Source of the DNA: the human T2T-CHM13v2.0 reference genome, Homo sapiens
Direction: 5' to 3' (one strand)
DNA length: 64,000 nucleotides
Assembly: GCF_009914755.1 (NCBI RefSeq)
Contig: NC_060925.1
The notes beneath the pieces are model-generated. The model did not search any database and was not told the DNA's origin. It saw nothing but the letters and a program-made list of their open reading frames with translations. Positions 45,540 through 64,000 of this stretch are shown here, piece by piece; the first letter of the stretch is position 1, and each line of letters starts with the position of its first letter. A program made the translations under genes and the position numbers.

Positions 45540-46230
45540 AGAGGGGGTGGGTTCGCTCCCAACCCAAGGGCTGGCTGGAAAGGAGCTCTCCTCCTCCTCG
45601 CCTCGCTCGAGGACGGCGATAGCAAGTCACCCTGCCCAACCAGGACCGACCCCCGCGTGGGATACGGGGCCTGCGTCAGACCCCGGGCGCCCGCTGCCCC
45701 TTGCCAGTCCCGGGCATAAAGGGCAGAAGGCGCCGGCTCCCCTCTGCGGCCCGGGGAGGAGGAGAGGCCTCACCTGGCCCAGCCCGCTCCACGCTCTCGG
45801 GTTCGCTCCGCTGGCGACGGTAATGAGGGAGCCAGGGACAGGGCCAGAGCAGAGGCGCTCTGCCTCAGGCCGCGACAGCCGTGCTCGGGGCTCCTCACAG
45901 CTGGCGGGACCCCGAGCCGCCCGGAGCCGCCATCTTCCTCCACTCAAACGCCGCCGCCGCCGCAGCTGCTGCTGCTCAGGCCGGGAGAAGACAGCGCAGA
46001 GCGCGCATGCGCCGGGGCGGGCGCGGCGGACGCGCGCGCACTCACGTCAGCGCGGCGGGATGGCGAGGGGCGGCCAGGGGGCGGCGCAGTGTTGAGAAGG
46101 GCCGTGGTCACAGGCCGAGGTTCTGTGGAGGGTGGAATGCGCTCGGGGGAGCTAGGCCTCCGCACCCGCCTTCGCCGCGTCTCTAGCGTCGACCTGATAG
46201 CCGCACCCACCCTCCGCTGCACTGTCTGGG
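45540..46230. promoter_or_regulatory. CpG island / TATA-less FBXO42 promoter
   Basis: Very high GC and CpG density. NRF1 palindrome GCGCATGCGC 46003-46012, GC box GGGGCGGG 46014-46021, CRE-like TCACGTCA 46042-46049, YY1 motif GCCGCCATCTT 45926-45936. Confidence 0.9.
45774..46000 (-). other. FBXO42: FBXO42 non-coding exon 1 (5' end approximate)
   Basis: Lies within the CpG island. Consensus donor GGGCCAG|GTGAGG at 45774/45773. TSS inferred just downstream of the NRF1/GC-box cluster. Confidence 0.75.
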
Positions 46231-46394
46231 GCAACTGGGTGGTTTTCCCGGTGGTTTGAGACTAACATTTAGCCAGGAATTAACTCACTTCTACCCCGAG
46301 GGCCCGATGAGCAGAGAGGGCTGTGGCGGATGTGAGTGCTCTTGGATATCGCCAAGGGGAGGGAAACTGTGCTTGAGGTGTGCAGGAGAAGTCT

Positions 46395-46590
46395 TCCCTT
46401 AACCGTAGCCTCGTAGCAACCACTGTGAGTTCTTACTAGCTCCACTTTTCAGATGAGGAAACTGAGGCACAGAAAACGATCACTTATTTGCCCGGAGTCA
46501 CACACCTATCAGTGGAGGTGGGGCGGCGCGGGAAAGAGGATTTAAACTCAGGCTTGTCTGGTTCCCAAGCTCCTTTACTTCCTACTAGCT
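46395..46590 (-). mobile_element. MIR remnant adjacent to the FBXO42 promoter
   Basis: MIR core ttttcagatgaggaaactgaggcacaga...tttgcccggagtcacac...ggatttaaactcagg. Confidence 0.7.
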
Positions 46591-46727
46591 AGGTTATAGG
46601 ATCCAGCAAAGTCCCCCTTCTCAAGGGAGCAACCTGGTGTGTAGGTGAGAACCTTCATGAGCCCAGCCCTACAGCATGTGGTCTAAGGAAATGCCAGATA
46701 CAGAGTCAAAGGCTTCAGTCTAAACTC

Positions 46728-48308
<1,581 letters not shown>

Positions 48309-48890
48309 CTCCTAGGAAATCTCATGGGGCATAGGGCTGGGCCAGAAGCCAAGTTCCCCTCAAGTTGGAGGGCAAGGCCTCTTTGAGCAGACTTGGGTCA
48401 CCCTTACCCATAGAGAGCTGTATGAGCCAGAGGCGGTGGTGCATACTTGTCAGCCCAGCACTTTGGGAAGCCAAGAGGGGAGGATCGCTTGAGCTCAGGA
48501 ATGCAAAACCATCCTGGGTACCATAGCAAGACCCCATCCCTACAAAAAGTTGAAAAATTAGCTGGACATGGTGGCATGTGTACCTGTAGTTCTAGCTACT
48601 TGGGAGACAGAGGCAGAGGGTTGCTTGAGCTCAGGAGTTGGAGGTTGCAGTGAGCTATCATCACCTCACTGCACGCCAGCCTGGGTGATAGAGGGAACCC
48701 ATCTCAAATAAATAAATAGAAAGCAGTATATTCTTACGTTCTTCAAACCTGAATAATGCAAAGTCCCCTAGGGATACACTCAGGGAATCCCAGTGGGAGA
48801 AACATTGATTTAAGAAAATCATGTTTTGGCCAGGCGCGGCGGCTCACGCCTATAATCCCAGCACTTTGGGAGGACGAGGCAGGCGGATCA

Positions 48891-49112
<222 letters not shown>

Positions 49113-49281
49113 TCAAAAAAAAAAAAAGAAAGAAAAGAAAAGATAAAGAAAATAAAGTCTTTCAACTAGGAAATTTTACTGCAAAAGAGAAATTGGGCAA
49201 TTATAACTGGTAAAGGAAATATTTTTAAATCTGGTTTTTAAATCTAGTTTTTAAATCATGTCATTAAAAACCTCAAGCTTA

Positions 49282-49599
<318 letters not shown>

Positions 49600-49848
49600 T
49601 TACTAGAACTTGTGACCAACTCCACTCTTCCCCCTCCAAATATCCTGTAGAGCTCAATATTGGAAACACTGGACCAGCTATTAAATGCTACTTTTTTTTT
49701 TTTTTTGAGGAAGGAAGTTTCCAACCGGGCTCAATCAATTCTTCCACCTCAGCCTCCAAAGTAGCTTGCATAGTCCCAGATACTTGGGAGGCTGAGGTAG
49801 GAGGATTGATTGAGCCAGGGTGTTTGAGGTTGCAGTGAGCTATAATCA

Positions 49849-50307
<459 letters not shown>

Positions 50308-50589
50308 TCAACCTGAGCGAGATAGCAAGACCCCATCTCTACAAAAATAAATTAAAATGCAGGTTCCAGGGCCCACCTCAAACAATGGCCTCAGACTTTT
50401 CTGAAAGCTCCTCAGGGATTCTGTTGAGCAGTCAGGGTTGGAACTGCTGGACCATGTTAGAATACGTTCAAATACAGAATCACTTCACCCTGAATCTTCT
50501 TACTCAAGGACAGCAGGGATTTTTGTCTGTTTTCCACCAGCACCTGACATAGAGATGCACATAGTAGGGACTCACTAAATATTTGTTGA

Positions 50590-50922
<333 letters not shown>

Positions 50923-51050
50923 TAACCGTGTTAGCCAGGATGGTCTTGATCTCCTGACCTCATGATCCACCCACCTTGGCCTCCCAAAGTGCTGGGATTA
51001 CAGGCATGAGCCACTGCACCTGGCCATAATTTTTTTTTTTTTTTTTTTGA

Positions 51051-51359
<309 letters not shown>

Positions 51360-51815
51360 TAAGGTCTCTGCCCTTGTGGAGGGCCCTACTATCTACTGAG
51401 AGAGATAACCAATACACAAAGACTGTAGACAAGATAGAAGTATAAATTGTGATAAGGACAAAAGTATTAAACTCTAATAATAATCACAATTGCTATTTAT
51501 TGTTTACATTTATTATGTACCGAACTCTGCTAAGTAGGCGTCATTATTGTGCCTATTTTAAAGATGACGAAACTGAGCTACATAGTGGCTGGAATATCGG
51601 GGGAAGACTGGAGATTACATTATAGGTCATGAAGAACTGGGAACGGGGAGGTTATACTCTATAATTAAAATGGTTTTTCAGAATAGTCTCTCTGCAGTGT
51701 GAAGGCTGATTGGGACATGATTAAAGACAGGGGATAAGGCTAGAATGAAAGGGGTGGTTGGAGTCTCTCTAATACGTTTAAATAAGGTACTTTCCTCCAG
51801 AGTCTGTCCCAATAA

Positions 51816-52369
<554 letters not shown>

Positions 52370-53047
52370 TGATCTCCAACTTCTGACCTCAGGTGATCCA
52401 CCCGCCTCAGCCTCCCAAAGTGCTGGGATTACAGGCGTGAGCCACTGCGCCCAGCCAATTACTGTATTTTTAGTAGAGACAGGATTTCTCCATGTTGGCC
52501 AGGCTGGTCTTGAACTCCTGACCTCAGGTGATCCGCCCACCTTGCCTTGGCCTCCCAAGGTGCTGAAATTGTGCTGGGATTACAGGTGTGAGCCACTGTG
52601 TACAGCCCAGAACATAATTTATTCTTTTGTTTTCTTTTTTTTTTTGAGATGGAGTCTCGCTCTGTCGCCCAGGCTGGAGTGCAGTGGCACAATCTCGGCT
52701 CACTGCAAGCTCCACCTCCTGGGTTCATGCCATTCTCCTGCCTCAGCCTCCTGAGGGACTACAGGTGCGTGCCACCACGACTGGCTGTTTTTGTATTTTG
52801 AGTAGAGATGGGGTTTCACCATGTTAGCCAGGATGGTCTCGATCTCCTGACCTCGTGATCCGCCCGCCTCAGCCTCCCAAAGTGCTAGGATTACAGACAT
52901 GAGCCACCACGCCCGGCCCAATTTATTGTTTTTTTGAGACAGAGTCTCGCTCTGTCTTTCAGGCTGGCGTGCAGTGGCGTGATCTCGGCTCACTGCAACC
53001 TCAGCCTCCCAGGTTCCGGCCATTCTCCTACCTCAGCCTCCAAGTAG

Positions 53048-53816
<769 letters not shown>

Positions 53817-53975
53817 TGTGAGATCACTCAATATCAGTGCATTTAGGACAATATAAATGTTATTAACAGTTGCATTCTATTCTTTTATAGGAATGTACCA
53901 TAGTCTTTTAAAACAAATTCTCTAGCGATGAACATTTAATTTGTTTCCAGTCTTTTTTGATTATAGACAAAATAG

Positions 53976-54648
<673 letters not shown>

Positions 54649-54803
54649 TAGCTGGGATTACAGGTGCGCATCACCATGCCCGGCTAACTTTTTGTATTTT
54701 TAGTAGAGATGAGGTTTCACCATGCTGGCCAGGCTGATCTTGAACTCCTGACCTCATGATCTGCCTGCCTCAGCCTTCCAAAGTGCTGGGATTACAGACA
54801 TGA

Positions 54804-54974
<171 letters not shown>

Positions 54975-55039
54975 TAAGTTGCCATTTACTCATCACAACT
55001 ATCTACCTAGCTTCAGCTTGTGCGTCAGATAGAAAGTTA

Positions 55040-55362
<323 letters not shown>

Positions 55363-55365
55363 TCA

Positions 55366-55667
<302 letters not shown>

Positions 55668-55742
55668 TCAGGGAAAAAAAAAGTCACCTGAGGTCAGGAG
55701 TTTGAGACCAGCCTGGCCAACATGGAGAAACTGTCTCCACTA

Positions 55743-56036
<294 letters not shown>

Positions 56037-56270
56037 TCAAAAAAAAAAAAATTAGCTGGGTATGGTGGCCCAGGCCTCTAATCTCAGCTACTCAGAAGGC
56101 TGAGGCAGGAGAATCGCTTGAATCCGGAGGATACAGTGAGCCAAGATCACGCCATTGCACTCCAACCTGGGTGACAAGAGAGAATCTCCATCTCCAAAAA
56201 AAAAAAAAAAATGCAAAAACTTAGCTGGGTGTGGTGGCACACACCTATAGTCCCAGCTACTCAGTACTCA

Positions 56271-56396
<126 letters not shown>

Positions 56397-56416
56397 TCAT
56401 GCTTTAGGGCCTCTGA

Positions 56417-56797
<381 letters not shown>

Positions 56798-57169
56798 TAG
56801 AGCTAATTTGGTTCCATCCCTGATTTTACAGATGAGGAATCAGACTGAGAGAGAAGAGACTTGCCCAAGGTCACAAGGGGTCTATGTGATTAACTAAGAC
56901 TGACCTCCTGGTTACCCATTTTGTGGAACAAAAACTATTTCATTTGCAGCATTTTCAGATGATTTCCAAGGTCTCCATCTTTCTTGTCTCCTTGAAAATG
57001 CAGTCCCAGAAATGCACAACTAATGCTTTTGTTAAGGGTCGTTGCCCAATATGCTAAATTGTAAGAAACCATCTCCCTCTGCTGGTAATATGGCATAACG
57101 ACAAAGCTTAAATATAGGAGTCACTTGCATTTAGGAAAAACTATTGCTCCAGAACGAGGTTATGTCTGA

Positions 57170-57391
<222 letters not shown>

Positions 57392-57646
57392 TAGCCAGGA
57401 TGGTCTCGATCTCCTGACCTCGTGATCTGCCCGCCTTGGCCTCCCAAAGTGCTGGGATTTACAGGCGTGAGCCACCGCGCCCAGCCCCGTCTGACAGTTT
57501 CAACCACTTTGCTGTTGCCAAGACTCAGTCAGGATAATTTACTTCAACGAATGGGTTCACAGTAGAATGTATTCCAAGTAAATATAATCTCACAGAGTGA
57601 ATAAGCCAAAAATCCATGAAATTGGTGAACTCAACAGAATTACTGA

Positions 57647-57904
<258 letters not shown>

Positions 57905-58150
57905 TGACCTCGTGATCCGCCTGCCTTGGCCTCCCAAAGTGCTGGGATTACAGGCGTGAGCCACTGCGCTCGGCCGAGAATTACTTGAGTTTTAGAGACT
58001 TAAAAGCTGCTAGTGGAATATCCATGTGGAGATGGCAATAAGAAGCCTAGCTGTAAAAATCGGAATCAGAAACACCAGGTCAGTTCACAGCTAGAAGTCA
58101 ACTTTGGCAGTCTTCAGCATACAGTGGGTGGCTTATACCATGAACATCTA

Positions 58151-58636
<486 letters not shown>

Positions 58637-58726
58637 TCACAGCAGGAAGGTTTTACTTCAGAAAGATTAATGGCATACTAAAAATACAAGAAAAAACACA
58701 TTCCAAGTCAGATAACTTGGTTATAG

Positions 58727-59146
<420 letters not shown>

Positions 59147-59345
59147 TAAGAAAGGATGATTACAGAAGTGACAATTATAAATCTTCCTCGGGCAGACAAG
59201 ACACTCCCATAATGATAATAGCTAACCCTTAGGACTCTTACTATGGGTCAGGCACTGTTCTAGGCATTTCAGCATAGTAACTGGTTAAATTCTTACAATC
59301 TACTTTTGAAGTAGCTATCTCTAATGTATACACTTGGGGAACTGA

Positions 59346-59528
<183 letters not shown>

Positions 59529-59542
59529 TAACTTTTTTTTGA

Positions 59543-59704
<162 letters not shown>

Positions 59705-59827
59705 TAGAGACGGGGTTTCTCCGTGTTGGTCAGGCTGGTCTCGAACTCTTGACCTCAGGTGATCTGCCCACCTTGGCCTCCCAAAGTGGGATTACAGGTG
59801 TGAGCCACTACGCCTGCCCTGACATAA

Positions 59828-60168
<341 letters not shown>

Positions 60169-60579
60169 TAAAGACCCAGGAGAACTTAGTAGCTGGGAAT
60201 CCCACTGGTTCTCCCAACTGAGGTGCAATATTATCTTTACCGTCTTTACCTTACGGTAGCGGATATAGTGTTAATAAATGATTAGAATACTGCTTTATGA
60301 GCAGGAAATACTGTAATGATTTTCACCCTATCAGAAATAATAAAATGTTTTCTGCATCAGCAGATATTTTTCATCATTTGTTGGTGTTTAAAAATGTTTT
60401 CAGAATTCTGAAGATACCATTATCTGTAGTTTAGGAAAACTACGACTCACTTTAAAAGAAAAAAAGTTTTCTTTAATTGCCTGCCCTTAGAAAAGATGGT
60501 TCCACAGAACACACTTCCGGTACTCGAGATGAGGACTTCCCTTGAACGCCCATTCTGTAAGACAGATAACGCGTTGGCC

Positions 60580-61330
60580 CTTAAGAAAGATGGCATCTTT
60601 CCGCCTTCTCTGCCCCCTTCCAAGATGGCTGCCCTAATGTACACTTGGGACCTTGCCTGGCGCCTCTTCCGGGCTTGGCAGCGGGCGGGGTCCATTGAGT
60701 AAAGCCTTGCGTGCCTGCGCCCGCGACGGAGGCGCGCTTCAAAGCGCAGGCGCGGGGAGGGGGTGGGGGGAGGAGGGAAAGCGGCGAGTAAGATGGAAGA
60801 TGAGGAGGTCGCTGAGAGCTGGGAAGAGGCGGCAGACAGCGGGGTAAGGAGGAGCCGCCGTCCCATGGCAGGGCCGGGCGAGACCTGGCGTGAGGGGAGC
60901 CTCCGGGGAGCGGGTCTGGAGATAGTTCTCCCCAAGGAAGGGCCCCATACGCCGGGCTGGGGGTGGTGGAGAGGCCCCCAGTTCCTGAGCGCCGTGAAGG
61001 CCTCTTAAAGGGGCCGCGATCCATTTCTCTCCTTTCCTTTGCCTGGTGCGCCTCCCTCCGCCCACTAACGCGCGCGTCACCCGGGGCGCCCCACCCGCCA
61101 CCCGGGGCCTCCTTTCCTGACCCCCCGCGCCCACTTGCTGGCCGTGGGCCTCTGTGACTCTTTCCGATGAGCCTTGTGGCCCGAGGCACCATTTTAAAGT
61201 TCTTGTGCTCTGACCGGGACGGACACACCATGTGGGTGGTGGTGGGGCTTGCGCGGACCAAGGAGGCATGTCCGGCTTCGCAGGAAAGCGGGAGGAGGCA
61301 GCCGAGGGCGGGGGGAAATTGAATCCTCTT
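60580..61330. promoter_or_regulatory. CpG island / SZRD1 promoter
   Basis: CpG-rich. YY1-type AAGATGGC motifs at 60587-60594 and 60622-60629, GC box GGGCGGGG near 60683, NRF1-like half sites (TGCGTG/TGCGC) near 60708-60720. Confidence 0.88.
60793..60843 (+). CDS. SZRD1: SZRD1 (SUZ RNA-binding domain containing 1, C1orf144) exon 1 coding part MEDEEVAESWEEAADSG
   Basis: AAGATGG start, 17 codons, then consensus donor GGG|GTAAGG at 60843/60844. The peptide is recognised as the SZRD1 N-terminus. SZRD1 is the known divergent neighbour of FBXO42. Confidence 0.93.
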
Positions 61331-62609
61331 TGGGCTACTCAACTCTGCTAAAATCCCCCACCATCCGTCACGGTGGACGAGTCGGGTTTTTTTTCTCTTT
61401 CACTTTTACTCCAAGAAGAGTTTGTGGGCAGGCAGGCAGGTCTCACGGGGACTCTGCCAAAGCAACCGAAAGCTCTGCGGGGCAGCTCCTCTGCCACTCA
61501 GCGATCCGAGGCCCCGGGAAGGTCTAGGAGTTCGCTTGTCGGAGTCCAGGGTGTGATATGTAAAACAGCCACATTCTTGGGAGAGGAGTGGGGAGATGGA
61601 CCGTTCGACTTGTTTTTGGAGTTTTTGTTTGCCTCCAGAAACTGTAGGAAAATAGTTTATCTCAAAGAGGATCTGTCAATTCTCTTAGATTTGTGAATAA
61701 TTTGGTCTTTTCAGAGTTTGTCTGTGGTGACCCTTGTGAATATGGGGAGATGCTTTTTTTGTCTCCCCGTGTTCGCGTCTGTTCAATGCTGGCTGCACTG
61801 ACATCCACCTTAAAGGTTTACGTGTGCGAGGAGTCGAGCGTACCAGGGTAGAGTAGGCGCTGGGTTTTTTTTCCTAAGCGCTTTTTGGGGGTGCTTATGA
61901 GCTCTGGAAGAGGCCGGGAAATTGACCCTGGCAGCAGTCAGTGGGTGTATCTAGCTCTACGGGAATGTTGAAACTTGGCTTTGAAGTTTTTTCCGCTGGT
62001 TCAGCATTTCTCTCAACGGTTTATGTTTTTCCATTTAGCATAATTGAGAATTTGAAGGATTCGTTCGTTCAGAGGATATTTAGTAGAGTTCTTAATGTGA
62101 CAACCATCTTTCTTGAGTTTTGGCTTAAGAAAGTTAAAGATTTTATAGGGAGTAACAGGTGTCAGTTGGCTCCTTGTTCATTCAACCAGCATTTTTGAGT
62201 GTCTGCTATATGCTAGGCAGTGTGCTTATCAGTGACTTTGTGCCAGAAAATGCAACATTTTCGGTACAGGCGTTTATTGCCTACCACTAATCTGAGTGAA
62301 TCATCCAGACATCCCTATAAAAAAGCTTGGCTTACAACTTTAATATCATGCAAATGATACGTTTCTTGGGCATCTTGGCCTTTCTTTGGTTTTCCTCACC
62401 TGTTTCAAAGGGTCATAAATCCCTCATGTTAGAGAAGTTGGAGGCAAATGAACAAAAATGAATAGGATTCAGCAGAAATTGGGGCTTACTTTAGTTTTTC
62501 AGAATGGGTAAGTCAATTAGAAATAGCTAGTACAGTCCCCCATTTAACAGCTGAATAAGCCTAGAGATGTGAGATTTAGAGACTTAGGTCTTTCTGACGC
62601 TTGTCGCGT

Positions 62610-63097
62610 GTTCTTTCTTTTTTCTTTTGGTTCCCAAGTTTTATTGAAAAACTTATACAAAATATTCCAGATAAATGAAATTTAATCCTCATCTTCCTCC
62701 TCTTTGTCCTGGTTAATCTGGAAGTAACATAATTTGTAGCTATCTTTGCTGTTAGTAACTAGGAGCAACCAATCACGTAAATTATTCTTCATATATGTTT
62801 TGGTGAGATATTTGAAATACCTTTTGGAGAAAGGCACCTCGGATGTCACGTTGATCTTGCTCTTACTCCTTTCAATGGTCGCCATCCCTCCACCAAGGTT
62901 CTCAGCTTTTCCGTTCACTTTGATCCTTTCTTGCAAAAACTGCTCAAAATTGGCAGCATCCATGATTCCATCTTCTACGGGGTGAGTGCATTCAAGAGTG
63001 AACTTCAGAACCTGCTTCTTTTTTTTGCCCCCCTTCACCACAGGCTTTTTCACAGAAGCCATGGCAGCAGCGGAGGCAGAAAGCCAGAGTTCTTTCT
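62610..63097 (-). pseudogene. RPL22 processed retrocopy (probably RPL22P3; number not certain), ORF 63062-62682, antisense in SZRD1 intron 1
   Basis: Intronless 126-aa [38 protein letters not shown]..., highly similar to ribosomal protein eL22. RPL22-like 5'UTR (ctttctgcctccgctgctgccATG), AATAAA at 62645-62640, degenerate poly(A) ~62619-62628, target-site duplication GTTCTTTCT at 62610-62618 and 63089-63097. Confidence 0.93.
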
Positions 63098-63113
63098 GCT
63101 ATCCCTTACTTTA

Positions 63114-63971
<858 letters not shown>

Positions 63972-64000
63972 TGATCTCGAACTCCTGGCCTCACGTGATC

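Noticed and set aside
60581-61342. 253-aa and other long ORFs over the SZRD1 CpG island; also the 182-aa ORF at 45547-46095
   Set aside because: Stop-codon depletion expected in GC-rich islands; low-complexity Arg/Pro/Gly/Ala content with no recognisable domain.

Overview
Human-type (primate) genomic DNA, very Alu-rich (by eye well over 100 Alu copies/fragments, about half the window). I recognise it as the head-to-head FBXO42 / SZRD1 region. Minus strand: FBXO42, with a CpG-island promoter and non-coding exon 1 (~45774-46000), a ~36.9 kb first intron, and first coding exon 2 (8646-8912, ATG at 8895, F-box). Plus strand: SZRD1, with a CpG-island promoter and coding exon 1 (ATG 60793, donor after 60843). 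An RPL22 processed retrocopy with an uninterrupted ORF lies antisense in SZRD1 intron 1. The rest is Alu, old L1, MIR, LTR (MST, MER4-group, LTR16) and DNA-transposon relics (MER75, Tigger3/MER7, MER5), plus microsatellites. Almost all ORFs in the supplied track are Alu-derived artefacts. I found no novel multi-gene system. The most interesting signals concern translation and splicing: (i) FBXO42 exon 2 is 267 nt, stop-free in two frames and bracketed by inverted Alus, so a single-exon circle would carry two endless ORFs; (ii) both genes have an out-of-frame ATG 5-7 nt from the main ATG that opens an overlapping frame; (iii) FBXO42 has a uORF and a candidate structured cassette exon in its 5' leader. 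Repeat subfamily names come from my recall of consensus sequences, not from a search.
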